Below are positions 35,683-49,302 of a DNA stretch of 64,000 nucleotides, piece by piece. The notes under the pieces are model-generated. The model did not search any database and was not told the origin of the DNA. It was given only the letters and a program-made list of their open reading frames with translations. Position 1 is the stretch's first letter, and every line of letters begins with the position of its first letter. The stretch covers positions 42,570,635 to 42,634,634 of the forward strand of contig JARFYF010000007.1 in NCBI GenBank assembly GCA_030265395.1, given 5' to 3'. The stretch comes from Rhina ancylostomus (lineage: Eukaryota). Made by a program: the position numbers and the translations under genes.

Positions 35683-35766
35683 CTGAGACAAAATGGTCTA
35701 TCCGAGGAGTGTATTCATATTTTGTGGCAACAGAAGAACTTGGCTCAGTAAAAGGATTGAAATGAT
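35683..35766 (-). CDS. PICALM: PICALM extra cassette exon 13b (84 nt, phase 1-1)
   Basis: ttcttgattctccag acceptor, G|gtactc donor; open in frame: DHFNPFTEPSSSVATKYEYTPRIDHFVS (NPF motif); resembles an alternative exon recalled from fish picalm isoforms. Confidence 0.8.
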
Positions 35767-35890
35767 CTGGAGAATCAAGAAATTACATGTGTTCATAGAT
35801 TTAAATTTCTTGGAGCATTGAAATAAGCTTCAATAATCAAGGATATTTTAAAAACTTCCTAACAGAAAATATAAATAGTTAACTGTTTAC

Positions 35891-36037
35891 CAAACATTTC
35901 ATGGCTATGCGTCCTAGAAGTAAAGATCACACCATCTGAGAAGGCGACGGTGGTATTTAGAACTTCATCAGCTTTCGTAAGAAAAGGATTTAAGCTTGGA
36001 ATGGCTTCATCAGCAGCATCAGAAGTGGAGAAAGGAT
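35891..36037 (-). CDS. PICALM: PICALM exon 13 (147 nt, phase 1-1 cassette)
   Basis: DPFSTSDAADEAIPSLNPFLTKADEVLNTTVAFSDGVIFTSRTHSHEMF; DPF and NPF motifs; tag acceptor, gtaaac donor. Confidence 0.93.
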
Positions 36038-37989
36038 CTATAAACAGCAACNNNNNNNNNNNNNNNNNNNNNNNNNNNNNNNNNNNNNNNNNNNNNNNNN
36101 NNNNNNNNNNNNNNNNNNNNNNNNNNNNNNNNNNNNNNNNNNNNNNNNNNNAACAGCAACAGTAAATAAAGCAGAAAGAAAAACAAGAAAAAATGCAAAG
36201 AAACATCAGGTCAAAAGACAAAATTGCTCAATTAAGGGACTTTCATTTAACTAAAATGATCAGTTCAAATAGCCCATTGCTGATTCTATGCTCTGCCTGC
36301 TAAATTTATAAAATTATTTGCTGCAAGAGTCAAATATTTTCCCCCCCCCACAGTAATCACCCCAGTGGGGTGATTATCTGCTCTGTGGCCTTTGTAAACA
36401 TTTTATTTTTTCTTCCAAGAAACTTAAAATATTTCTGCAAATAAACCAAATCCTGTTAGTTTTATGCAATACCTAGACAGAGAGAGGGGGGCATATTTAA
36501 GACTAACATGACATGCTAAAATCTGGCTCTTATATTGAATCCACACAATCAATAATGTCAACCTTAGAATCTTGCACGTAACAAACAATTTGCAAGAAAT
36601 GTATTGTTTTTATTAATATCAATTCATAACGTAGTCTATAGTGAATTAATCATTCTGCAAATAGCAAGTTGCATTTACTGCAGTGAAGGCCAGAGACATG
36701 GCACTTGGATGATCAGTCCACCAAAACAGAAGCTGGCTTTATAAACAGATCATAAATAGTGAAATGATAAGAGTAGCAAAGTACACATATATTCAATCAA
36801 TCCATTAATATTTCTTATGCCTTAACTTTGCATTCCAGTTCTTTTGGTTCAGCTTTCCTTTGAACGTTGGCCAGTTTCCATTTAACTTGAGACCCTGATG
36901 AATTTCCAGCCAGAGCTACATCTCCAAGTGTCTAACGCACAGCTCAAATTCCAATGGCTTATTGCAGAAGAAATTTAGGTGACCAACAATAGAGTTAGGA
37001 TACTAAATAAAAACCTCTGCATTATCAATTCAACACTGGTATTTAACCAAGGCAATCAAAGTTACAGAAAACGGTACAACGACATCTTACTGGGCCAACA
37101 GGAGTTCCATTCTGGATTCTCATCCAAATTACTGCTCTTGAAAACTGGGTAGCAAAGATTGATACAGTTGCTAGTTTCATCATCTATTGAAAAGTTTCAT
37201 AATAAGAAAGCTTTAATAATAAGCAGCAAGCAATGCCTTTTAATGGATGTTTAATCCAGTATTCCCAATACCAAATGCTCATCTTGATTTTCCTGGTCCC
37301 ATTTGCACCAATTCTGAAGTCATTTTTGCTTCGATAGCTGATAACATCTGACACAGCTCAGGTAGTTGCTACTGTTACAGCCAATAATCTGTAGGTTGGA
37401 AAGTGGGCAGATAAGCAGACTCTGTTACAGATTGTCAACCTTCTGTTCACTGGTGCAGCTGGGAACTGAATCTACATGGCACAACGTCAACTGGTGGGCT
37501 TCTCTGGCAGTGATCCAAGCTCCACGTCAATTTTTTGCAAGTCCTGGATAGCTTAACTGTGGGAGAATACTAGCTTAATGAGACTCTGCAAAGGAACAGG
37601 GAGTCTGGGATGGGGGCAATAGGGATGCAGGATAGTGTATGGAAAGCCTTTGGTAGCAAAAGTTAATGATGTTTCAAAAAGTTTCAGTTTGATGTTTTTT
37701 CATAAAGACTTGCAATAAAGGGTATCAATCTGAAACTTTCTCACCTGTATTTTCTGTTTTTCAAAGCCCAATGCTGACATTGTTTTTCCTTTTAAAAAAA
37801 CTAGAGTGGTTCTCAGAGGCTATGCCATCAGCCTCCACTAATTGCTAGATTGCTTTTGCGTGATGAGCTCCCTAATAAAATTATGCAGCATTCGCTGAAA
37901 CAAGAACCACCAGTGGGTACCTGCAGCCCTAACAAAGTAATACGACTCAGAAAATCCTCTATTGCACTGGATTCTCATCATTTTTGGTA

Positions 37990-39270
37990 TCTCCCTCATT
38001 CAAAATGAGAGGCACAAAGCAGGAAACTACCAGCCAGTTAGTTTATGATCTGACACAAGGAAGACATTAGAAACTATAATTAAAGATGATACAATAGAGC
38101 ACTTAGAAAAATTCAAGGTAATCAAAGTCAGCATAGCTGTGTGAAAAGGAAATGATCTTTGTCCAATTTATTGGATTTCATTAAAGTAAAATAAGCTGTG
38201 GATAAAAACAGAACCAGTGGGTGTATTAATTTTTGTTAGCCAGAAGGCAATGATGAGGTGCTACAAAAGGTTCTTGCAGAATATAAAATTGTGTATGAGG
38301 CAATATTTTGACATGGATTAAATATTGGCCGGCTAACTAGAAACGTATTTTTCTCTTTGGCAATATGTAATGACAGGCATAGCATAGGTATCAGTACTGG
38401 GATTTTAACTTTTTACAGTTTATGTAAATAACTTGGATAAATAATATGGTTGTACGTTTCTTGTAGACAGATCATAAATTGTTAAGAGGACCATGGAATT
38501 TAGATACATTAAAGTGGGGAAAGATCTGACCAAAAGGACTACGTGGGAAAATGTGAAGTTAAACATTTTTGCAAGAAACAAATTATCTAAATGNNNNNNN
38601 NNNATGCAGAGGGATCTTAGTACTCTAATGTATGGATTTGCACAAGGTCAGTATGTCGGTGCAGCAAGTAATTAGGAAAGCTAACAGAATGTCATTTATT
38701 GCTCAGGGAATATAATACAAAAACAGGGAGGTTATAATTTAGTTATATAGGACATTGGTGAGACCACAATTGATTTCCTTATGCAAGAAAGGCTATCAAT
38801 GTGTTGGAAGCAATTCTGAGAAGGTTTTATTAGACAAAAACTGGAATGAGCAGATTGTCTTACAAGTTCAGATGGCTTGTACTATAATCCGCTAGAGTTG
38901 AGAGAAATGAGTCATGACTTGATTTAAACAGAAGATCCTGAACAATTGACGAGGAGAAGGGTGTGTTGAGGTTGAATCTAGAACCAGGGATCTCTGTTGA
39001 AAAACACCCATTTAAGGCAAGTACAAGGTAAAATTTCTATTGAGGATTGAATGTCTTTGGAATGGTCATCCTCAATGGGCAGTGGCAACAGAGTCTTTGG
39101 GTATTAAGGCAGAAGTGGTCAGATACTTGATAAGCAAGTGTAAAATGTTACTGCAGGTAGACAGAATGCGAAGATGAGATTACTATCAGAACAGCCATAA
39201 CCTTTTTTAAATGGCAAAGCAGGCTTGAGGGACCATGGCAAACTCCTGCTCCTAATTCACATGTTCACAC
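37990..39270 (+). mobile_element. Decayed CR1 LINE (RT to 3' end)
   Basis: GNYQPVSL-like ggaaactaccagccagttag, aggaaagctaacagaatg, LYRTLVRP-like ttatataggacattggtgagacca, CR1 tail. Confidence 0.75.
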
Positions 39271-39524
39271 CTCAATTCAATACAATTCCTTTCCCACAAT
39301 CTTGCCAACACTTAAAAGGCTTTTTTGAGATTTAAAAACTCTTATGTACAGCAAGACTGCAATGATCCATTTTCCAGCCATTTGGAAATCTTGACTGCTC
39401 GGAGCAGTCAACAGGACCACTCGGAGATGTTTACTCTTTCCATTCACCGGGTCCCCAATTGCTGTGCTTTCTGCCGATGCCCCAGTTCCCAGCTCACTTT
39501 AAACTTGACTGGTTCTGTTGGTCA

Positions 39525-39780
39525 ATGCATAAAACACTAGAGGAACTCAGCAGTTCAGGCAGCAGCTATGGGAGGGCAATGGACAGTCGATGGTTCAGGT
39601 CGAGACCCTTCATCTGGACTTATAGATAGTAGGGAGGTAGCCAGTATAAGCTCCCTTCCCTCCACCTTTTTATACTGGCTACCTCCCCTCTATCTTTCAG
39701 TCCAGATGAAGGACTCACCCCAAAATGTTAACTGTCCATTTCCCTCCATAGATGCTGCCTGAACTGCTGAGTTCCCCCAA
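39525..39780. mobile_element. Penelope-derived terminal-repeat palindrome
   Basis: ggaactcagcagttcaggcagcagctatgg ... ccatagatgctgcctgaactgctgagttcc inverted arms. Confidence 0.7.
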
Positions 39781-40179
39781 AGTCCTGTCAGCCATCTTTC
39801 CATGAAACTTAGCTGGTTCTATTTATTGTGCTCCATTTAAGTTTACTGTATTCATTGAAATGTTACTGTGTAATGTTTAAAAGAGTAAATTAGAAGTATA
39901 TTGTAGTATTAATAAAGTAACATTCAATAGCATGGAAAATCTCCTAGTCTGGCACCAAAGTCCCACACATGTCTGATTAATTGAGTTTTACTGTATATAT
40001 TATGAAAATCTAGCTTTACTTGTAAATAAAAATTTGAATAAAGATCAAATTTGATATTTGGTTGAACTTTGAACAACAAAAGTGCACCACTGTATGAATC
40101 TACATTTCAACAGTTCTAACAGGGAAAAACAGCAAGCATACGTCAGGTACAGAAAACTGGTATCGAATAAGTCCTTTAA

Positions 40180-40560
40180 GGTTTAAAGGGGACATAGGAG
40201 AGAACTTAAAGAAATTAGAAAGGCAAAAAGGGGCCACGAAATTACCTTGGCAAATAGGATCAAGGAGAATCCCAAAACTTTTTATATTAACATTTTATGT
40301 ATATTAGAAGCAAGGCGGCAGATATGGAAAGAGTAAGTCCCTTCAGGGACCAAAGGGATAATCTACGTGTTGAGCAGGGAATATATGCAAGGTCCTAAAG
40401 GAATACTCATCAGTATTCACCAGAGAAAAGGATGTGGAGACTGAAGCATTAAGGGAGGGGTAAGCTGATATCGTGGAGCACATCTATATGAGGAAGGGTT
40501 AGAAATATTGGTGCACATTAGGGTGGATAAATCCCCAGGACATAACAGGGTCTATCGCAA
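40180..40560 (+). mobile_element. CR1 LINE internal fragment
   Basis: KKEIRKAKRGHE..LANRIKENPKTFY; SVFTRE; DKSPG motifs. Confidence 0.7.
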
Positions 40561-43500
40561 GATTCTAGTCTACATTCCTTTAAGATTAAAGTGAAACGAA
40601 ATTGCTTTTTTTTAAAAAAAATACTTGGGGTTGCTTCATGTCCAAAGTCAAATATTGGTCTAGCATTATTCACTGCTGTTATCATTTCTGACTTTTTCAA
40701 TTAAATACAACTCTTGATAAAATTGTTTATTACACCTTCCTCACACTTAGCTCTACTTTTGGTCATATGCGTTAGTGATGCACTGGAAATTTGTGTTAAT
40801 TTTCCACAAGTGTCAACAACGTCCTATTGTGCTCCATCCAAGTTATTTCATTCTCCTTTCTATTTCCCTTGTGCATAAAGAAATGCCTACCCAAACTGAA
40901 AGCAAAACATTTTTGGGACGTAATTTACAGGGTGGCATCACCAGTATGCACAAAAGCTGGTCACATGAACTCATGCATGCAGCAACCAAACCAGCTCAGT
41001 GCAGCATAAACCAGTGATGCCCCAAAATATAATCAGGAGTTCAGAAGGGTTGCTAAGACTTCAGTGAGCACCAGGCATTGCTCTATTACTCTCAGGTAGA
41101 AAGCCAGTCACACATTCCAGCCTTATATGTTCCACTACCATCGTCCCTTTTGTCAGTTAAGCACTCCCACCTTCCACCCCATTCACAGGCTTTCCTTTTT
41201 GTCCTTCTGCCTCTCCAGCCTGATTCTTTGTCTTTCAATCCTATGGCAGTCATCAAATTCAACACCACTTGTTATTTTCACTTCTAATGTTATCTGACAT
41301 AAATGATTCCAGCAGTTTAGGTATGTTAATAGTTATGTCCTTAATGTTTTGTCAATGGCCAGTGACTCAACACTCTACAAGTGCAGTAAACTGATAGCCT
41401 CTTCCAATATCGACACATCTATCATTACACATGGGAAATTGCCATCAGTGATATCCTGCTCCTTAAAAAAGTGCAATGTTTTGGTCTTCCCAAGTACAAT
41501 CAAATCATGAATATGAGTTTCAACATTTTAAATGCATTGTTTTTTCTGTAATGAAAACTATGAACATGTCAAAAAACAAATTCTGGAAATAACTAGATCA
41601 AGGAGTAAAACAGAATGAACTACAATTGCCTAGGATAATGAGAAGGAAACATTGTTGTAGTTAATTCAGAAAAGCCAAAATGCAAAGGGTAATGCAAAAT
41701 ATATTAAAAAGGGCAAAGTAGTTATTTTATTGCTTATTACAGCACTCGTCACTTTTGTGTGAGAATTGGACTAGTGGTACTGTTTTCCACCTTCAAGATT
41801 TCCAAACTTCTTTCCAAATGGTTAAAAAAACTTTTCCATTTACAAGATCATGCAGACCTATTCACAATACTGTACAACTCTGGAATATGGGATTACTTTG
41901 TCAATAATCTTCAAGCTTGAATGATTTATTCACTTTTCCATGCATTACTATACTTACTGTAGTTAATGTACCCTTTCCATATTTTACATACAAACAGCCT
42001 GTACATACAAACGAGCACCCAACTCTGTTTTCTGGATATAGGCCTTTGAAAAACGGCAGTTAAATTTTTAAAGGTCATCGTTATGAACTCAAGAGCCCAC
42101 TGCATTTTCAGTCAGGAGTAAATGAGTTTTCAACAGTATACTTGGTCGTAATCACAGCAGATTAATCTCTGGCTCAAAGCTGCTGGTCAGCTAAACCATA
42201 AAAACTGTAAACAATATTCAAGGGGTTTTTAAATATGTACTCCATATTTATTTAAAATGAGGCAAAAGCCTTACTGAATCTTGAAAAAATTGAACTTTCA
42301 TGGTATAAACTGCTGAAAGAAAATAACAATATTCATCAAAATATAGTACTCTGCACCTGACAGTCCAAACTATCTTTAAATCTCTCCTGTACATTTGGCA
42401 AACAGCTTTTCCATAAACAGTAGATGAAAACTGGTCCAATATCTCATTTTTAAAAGTACAGCTTTTGAACATTTTTGAATAAAATTCTTCTAGATGTAAA
42501 AACAAACCTCACTGTACAGTTTGAATTTTTTTTCCCAAAATAGCTTAAAGGCAACCCCAAGTCATAGCTATTCAGGTTACAAAAATTCACCCTTGCAGAA
42601 TTCATCAATCACAACTGAAAAATTTGAGATACAGAATATAATTCACTCTTACAGAATTTATGTGGGGCAAAAATAAATAAGTGAACACTAAATGCAAAAG
42701 ATTAAAAGATTGTCAATTTTTATTTTTAGTCAATTAATACTGTGGGGCAATAAGCTTTGGAAATAACATCAGTGCATCAGTTAGGTTGGCAGACATAGCC
42801 AAGTCCCTCATTTACCATGCCCTCTCCAATCCAAGGACCTGTGAACGGACATCTCAGAGTGCAACGCTGCCGTGCTCTTCATCTGAGAGGCATTTCTCTG
42901 ATGCAGTGCATTGTGGGGAGCTGCAGTAGCTACGGCAAAGTACTCTGTTGGTCTTTACTCCACTTCCACTCTCACCGTGCTTTAAGCCATTACTACCACC
43001 CATGAGCCCCACCCCCGACCACCTTTCTCTCACCGATCAATTTTCAAATCCCATCCCTTTCCCTGATATCCTCACTTCCTAACCCCATTCCTAATCCACA
43101 GGCTTGCAAGTCAAAGAAGAAGCCTCACAGTACCGCTCGCTGAGACGTCTGCTCACATGCCCTTGGACTGGAGAGAGCATGGCAAAGGAGGAACTCTCCT
43201 GAAACTTTCAACCCAAGCGATGCGATGACATTATATCCAAATCTTACTGCCCCATAGTACTGAGTGACTAAAAATAAAATTTGACAAAATTTGCTGTTTC
43301 TTTCACACAAGCCATGTCCATCCCCCAAGTTAATATTGGCTTCAGCTGTTACACAACAGTGGTAGGTTACTTTGTCATTGCCAGTAACCTGGCTTAATAG
43401 GAGAGAAAAACATCCTGTAGGAATGCATCTCTGTTTATAACATTGGATTCAATGAGACAAGGGGGTTCATGCCACATACAGTTTGAGGTACACAATCTCT

Positions 43501-45152
43501 CCATAAAGCTGGGGTTGCCTGTAGTACGTTTTTGTAAATATAATGCCCTTCATCCCAAGCTAAGGGCAGAGCTAATGTTTTCAACCAAATGGTTACACTA
43601 TCATAAACTTCAGAAGATGGAGTAACACACTTTACTGCTTAGAAACATTTAATCATCTTTTTGCTTCCTTTTTTCTGAAGGTTACTGCAGATTCCCATGG
43701 AAATTATCTGCACTATAGATCAAAGTTTGAAATATATTTGGCATACTCACAATAACAAGGGAACTAGGTTTCCCTCACTAATGGCTTTACTTCCCACAAA
43801 GAAAATAATTAGAAATAAAAAAAAATCAAAATACACGCTATTTAAGATATTTAAATGACATGCTGCAGGCCTTTTGACCTACCCCTGCTCCTATTTCTTA
43901 TGTTCAAACACAGGGTTCAAAGCTAAGGACTAAACCGCTTAAGCTGCAAGCAGTCTGGTTTAGCATAAAGTTACCAAGATCATAAACAGAATTGGTGGCA
44001 AATAACTCCAGATTTGAAACAATAACTTCAACACCTCTTAAGTTTAGGTACAGAAAACTGCAGATCCAAAATACAATGCCAGATATTTTAGGTGCAGCAA
44101 CACAAAAGCCATAGGTGTTGAAAGAGATGACCAGCTAGAGCTTGGTGGCAGTGCACATGTGGAAGCTGACCCAATGTACACTGGCAATCTTGCCCAGGAA
44201 CAGCATTTAGATGACAAATGCAGGAGTAAAAGCCAAACATTAGAATGTCATTGATAAGATTCACATTGATAACTTCCATGAACAATTCTTAAAACTTCAA
44301 AACACTCCAAATCTAAAAATAAAGGTTGGATTTAGAACTTTATTCCAATCAACCTTGAAATGACCCACTTTCAGTTTTAAAGGAGCTGGGCCAGAGGATA
44401 GCAAGTCACTCATCTATTCTCAGGAAGCAAGCTACCAACAATTTCTGGTTTAATTTTAAATGCAGTCTGTTGTGCCTCCCTGCTCTCAGGAAACTTGGAA
44501 GATCAAGAGATGCAAGGAATCATTAAATGCCTCAAGTGCACGGCTCTGCATCAGGAATGGCAATGTTTAGTTCCAGTCCAGAGAGATATCCTCTAACCCT
44601 ACCGCACCCCATGATGTACTTCTCTCTAACCCAATCTGAAACACATTCCATTCATCCTCAAACCACATTCCCCAAGCCCACAAAATACCTGATCTTCCCC
44701 AATGAGAATGCAGGCTTTTCTACCCAACACCCAGGTGAACATTTGGTGGGAAATGTCAACAAGTTGGTAAAACACCAACCTGCAGTGTAAAAGCATCAGA
44801 CATTGCTTCTATTTCCTGCCCAGATTTGATCTCTATATTTTAGTTATAGAATACAAATTCTTCACATTTTACATAATTTAATTGCATGAAACATTAGCAT
44901 ATCTTTGATTTTGAAACTAAATTCATAAATAAAAATTTTTAGAGCCATGTTACATTCTGATCAAATAATCCAGCTTCTGTATGTGGAAGCACAATGCACA
45001 TCAACAGATGCTGTGAAGCTGCTGCAAGTTTTTCATTGCATCTGTGCCTACATGTACTTGTGCATTTGACAATAAACTCAACTTTGACATTTGATTTATT
45101 TAAAATGATCAATACTTTCTTTTGCTACCTGAAGACCTTTGAAGTATCTTAC

Positions 45153-45253
45153 CTCCCCACGTATTAGCTGCCAGGGGTACTGCTGGAACAGAATGCATTG
45201 ATGGTTGAAATGTTGGCTGAAGATCAAGCAAGTCATTTGGCAGTTTGGACGTA
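45153..45253 (-). CDS. PICALM: PICALM exon 12 (101 nt)
   Basis: TSKLPNDLLDLQPTFQPSMHSVPAVPLAANTWG; clathrin-box-like LLDLQ; cag acceptor, gtaaga donor. Confidence 0.95.
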
Positions 45254-45869
45254 CTGTAAGGACAAATTAAAACAGAATTTCCATCTTGTACTCTAAATGA
45301 ATGTACACAATGTGAAGTATTTAAGCTTTTAAATCATACTTGATTTTTACAAAATGATCCAACAAGACAATTCTTTTTTTTCAAGAAATCTCTAAACCTA
45401 TCTAGCATTTTAATTCAATTTATGGTTAGAAGATTTGCGGCAGATCAGATGGCAATCAATAAGCATGTTTCAGTGGGAAAAAGGTTGGAGGTCAGGTGTT
45501 CCTGGTCAGAAGAGAGTTGGAGAAAACTAAAATATAATAGGGGTAATCAGTTCAGAAGTACTTCAAGCTTACCACTCACCCCAAAAAGTATTTCACTGAA
45601 AAGAAATTCAAATAACCTCTTGAAAATTAGTGTGCAAACAAATGGTAAAACAATCCTTGATGAAATTGCATATTTAATGAATATGGAGACCACTGATCTA
45701 CCTCCAATGGCCAATTAATTGAAGATGAGAATGGAAACATTTCCATTTCAAGATACCAATCCTAATAGCAAATACAAATGGCAAAACATAAAAGCAATTT
45801 AAATTATGGAACAATAGCACTGGGATGCGTTATGGAACAGTAGCACAACGAAACCAATGTGGAAAGTGC

Positions 45870-46330
45870 AGATTTTTCTGTAGATGGGGCAGAAGGTGGC
45901 TGAGAGGGCAGGTGGTTGTGTAGTTTGCAAGGTGGTACACTCCTTCTGCAGGTCTTCTGCATGCTCCAAGTGCATAACCACACAATTCTCAATACCATCT
46001 GGAATGTTTCTTCTCCACTTCAAGCTGATAAGGGCCAGAGATTCCCTGAATTCAATGAGTCGCTGCCCTTCAAGGAAACTTTTAAGCATATCCTTGAATC
46101 TTTTCCTCTGTCTGAGGTAAATCTCTCCAATGACGGAGCTCTGATTACAGCACCCATCTTGAGAGTTTGATATCAACTATGTGAACCACAGACCATCCAA
46201 CAGAACCAACTGAGTGAGAGATTTGGGCCTTAATGCTGGGGATGTTGGCCTTGGACATCGATTTGCTTACCCTTCCAGCAAATTGAGAATGCTGCCATGA
46301 TAGCAAAGGTGATATTTTTCCATTGCCATT
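45870..46330 (-). mobile_element. RTE (BovB-like) LINE 3' fragment
   Basis: QRKRFKDMLK motif typical of the RTE C-terminus. Confidence 0.6.
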
Positions 46331-47369
46331 ATACTTCACTTGAGAGAACATTTCTCACATGCAAACCATCACAGTGGTCTGACCACAAGGATGCAAGTTT
46401 CACAACCAAGCCAGATACCATCTCTGCCCAACACAAGAGATGAAGATCCAATAAGTGTCATGGGAAGAAGATCAAAAGTCCTGGATAGTTCTTTTAAACC
46501 TAATCAAGGAGACAGTGCCCAAACAAATGGAATTATTGCCCATATTGGGAGGAAGGTGATACTTCAGATTTCAAGGTACTCCTTCTCCCCATGAAGAATG
46601 CTCCTACATCAGTGTAAAACAAATTGCTGTCACAGAGCTTATTTAACATTATCAACATGCTTTAAGGATACTTTATTGTCATTTTGTCAATGTATTTTTG
46701 GTGTGATTATAGGTCCTCCCAGCTTACAAATGCCCAACTTATGTACAGCCTTACATACACACGAGCATTTAGGAAACCAGCTGTATGAACTTGCCAGTTG
46801 TTGCAGGGCTACAGGTATTTTCCACCTGGGAAACTGTTCGGGTGATGAACAGTTCACAGGAAATGAATCCTGGTTACCACCTGTTCTTCTTTTAAAACCA
46901 TCTCAAAATGGTCCAGATAGAAAGTGAAGAGCATATGAAATTTGCATTGTCTACAGTTAAATAGGTACATTTCTGTTTCCTGACAGAAACAGGAAATTGA
47001 AATGTTAATAAGGAGCAATTTGTAACATGTGTACATAAAGAACAATATATTAGGCAAATCACTGGCACATTACCCACCACAGCCTCATGCTCAAAGACAA
47101 TGGTTTCAGGATTATACCATTGCTAATTTGCAGAATCTCTTTTACTGATTAAGAAACACAAGCTAAAAACACAAAATTACATGTTCAAATTCCTGATCTT
47201 CTTCACTGTCTGTGACCTCTGCTGGAACTTAATTTGTATCATAAGCTGAGGAAAGTATTAGCCTTTTTGTCCCACAGAACATGTATTTCCACCTTGACTA
47301 TTCTTTCTGCCCTTGTCCAGTTTCTTTCCACAATACCTTCTTTGACACACTGGCAGAGTGTATCAAAAG

Positions 47370-48560
47370 GTATTGCGGAAAAGTCCCAACTTACTTTCAC
47401 AGCTGACATGCAATTGCCCTACCAAGATGGCCTGAGGGAATTTTGACCCTTCCTTGAATTGAAGACCAACCAGTCTCCCTCCACCACCACTACTTCTTTC
47501 ACCTGGCTGTACTCCTTCTTACATTGAGTAGAGTTATTCCAAGCTTTCAGGAAAGCTTAAAATAACTCTACTCACTTTCTCCAAATTAAGGGTACCGCTG
47601 TGGGTTGAAGCTATACCTGTCTCTTTGAAGATGCGTGGAACCATCCTACTCAGAACCTCCACCTCACCTCTTTTGCAGTACATTAAATGACTGTACTAGT
47701 GCTGCTACCTGTACTTGTAAAGGAAATTTCACCATTTCTGCTATTAGCTTCCACCCTGCTCTCGTTGTTACATGACCCATTTCTCACTCAATAAATATCC
47801 AATACTTAAGTCCACAAACTCCTACAGATATTTTACCTGCACTTCCTTCCACTACTTCCTGCAAGGACTCCACTTCATTCTACCACCATCTCAGTCTTCA
47901 TATCTGTTCTGGCAACACTTTTCACACCAGTGTTTCTGAAATGTTGTCTTTAACCTTTACTGTGGCTTTCCTTCTACCACAGTTGGCAGGGCTCTCAACC
48001 ATTCTCATTCAGTTTCTTGGACTTCTTCTCTTGCTGCCACTCCCTGTTTCCCGCCAAAGAACTGAATTACTCTAATCTTCACCTTCATTCACACTCAATA
48101 GGTCTTACTTTGTAATTTCTACCTCTTTCGACAGGGTGACACCACCAGACACATTGCTTTCCCTCTCCCTTCCCCTGTGCAACTTCCTGGTTCACTTTTC
48201 CATCTCCATCAACAATCACTCACTTTCTTGCAGCACTTTCCCATGCAACCACAAGAGCTGCAACATCTGCCCCTTTATCTCTTTTGTTTTTACATTTCAG
48301 GGAGCCAAACTGTTTCAGATCAATTCACTTGCACTATTTGCCCAATTCAGTGTCCTGCATTCTGTGCTCATGAAGCGGTCTTCTCTGCATTGGCAAAGCC
48401 AAACACAGATTGGGTGACCACTTCAAAGAACAGCTCCATACACACTGCAAGGTTGGCCAAGTTTCCAGTTATGCATCACTTTAATTCTCAAGCCAACCTG
48501 TCTTTGGCCTCCTACACTGTTCCAACGAAGCCCAACACAAGAACAGGAAACAGAAACCTC
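47370..48560 (+). mobile_element. Decayed Penelope-like element (RT plus GIY-YIG endonuclease)
   Basis: HFLQIKGT..G.SYTCLF and (R)YI.DC RT motifs; FPCNHKSCNICPF linker; CS*SGLLCIGKAKHRLGDHF GIY-YIG remnant. Confidence 0.75.
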
Positions 48561-48684
48561 TGTCAAATCACATTGAACTCTCTGAACTTTTTAAAAATAG
48601 AATGCAAACTCTCAATGGGCCTTAAGTTGCTTGGACTAGAATTGCCTAGTTCTGATGCAAGGTCATCAACTTGTAACATTATGG

Positions 48685-48885
48685 AAAATATTATGATACT
48701 GGAGGAACTCAGCAGGCCAGGCAGCATCCATGGAGAAAAGCAGGTGGTCAACATCTGAGTCCTGAAGAAGGGTCCAGACCCAAAACGCTGACCACCTACT
48801 TTTATCCAAGAATGCTGCCTGGCCTGCTGAGTTCCTCCAGTATTATAGAGTTTTCCATCTCTATTCCAGCATCTGTTGTTCTTTG
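48685..48885. mobile_element. Penelope-derived terminal-repeat palindrome
   Basis: atactggaggaactcagcaggccaggcagcat ... atgctgcctggcctgctgagttcctccagtat near-perfect inverted arms. Confidence 0.75.
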
Positions 48886-49302
48886 TTTCTCTAGTAACTT
48901 ATAACATTATTTTCTCTCTCCACATAAGCTTCCTGATCTGCTTTGTATTTCTAGCATTCTATTTTATTTCAGATTTCCATCATCTGGGTTATAGATATTG
49001 CACTTCAACATTCTTCCCTCCCCTTCCCTCATTTATCTCCCCACTTAAACTTTTCCACCAACTTGATTTTTCATTTTCTCCAGTTATGACGAAAGGACAT
49101 CAAAATGAAATGCTTACCGTTTCTCACTCCACAAATTCAGTCTGCGCTGCTGAGTAATTAAGCACCATTTTTATTTCAGTTTGCCAGCATCAGCAATATT
49201 TTTGCTTTTACAATATTAAGTACTGTTGTGAACCTTACTTCCTTGGTCAAGTTCAGCAGCCACCTTCAAACTTCCAAGAAAAAGCAGCTGCTAGTTTCCT
49301 AC

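Noticed and set aside
36043-36160. aacagcaac repeated on both sides of the gap next to the exon 13 acceptor
   Set aside because: 100-N placeholder gap with duplicated flanks; likely an assembly artefact
44088-44188. Phase-1 open stretch DCQCTLGQLPHV... in intron 12 as a possible exon
   Set aside because: Weak aag acceptor, no convincing donor and no resemblance to PICALM/SNAP91 sequence
48177-48758. Longest ORF in the track (193 aa) as a nested gene
   Set aside because: Off-frame reading of the decayed Penelope element and adjoining terminal repeats
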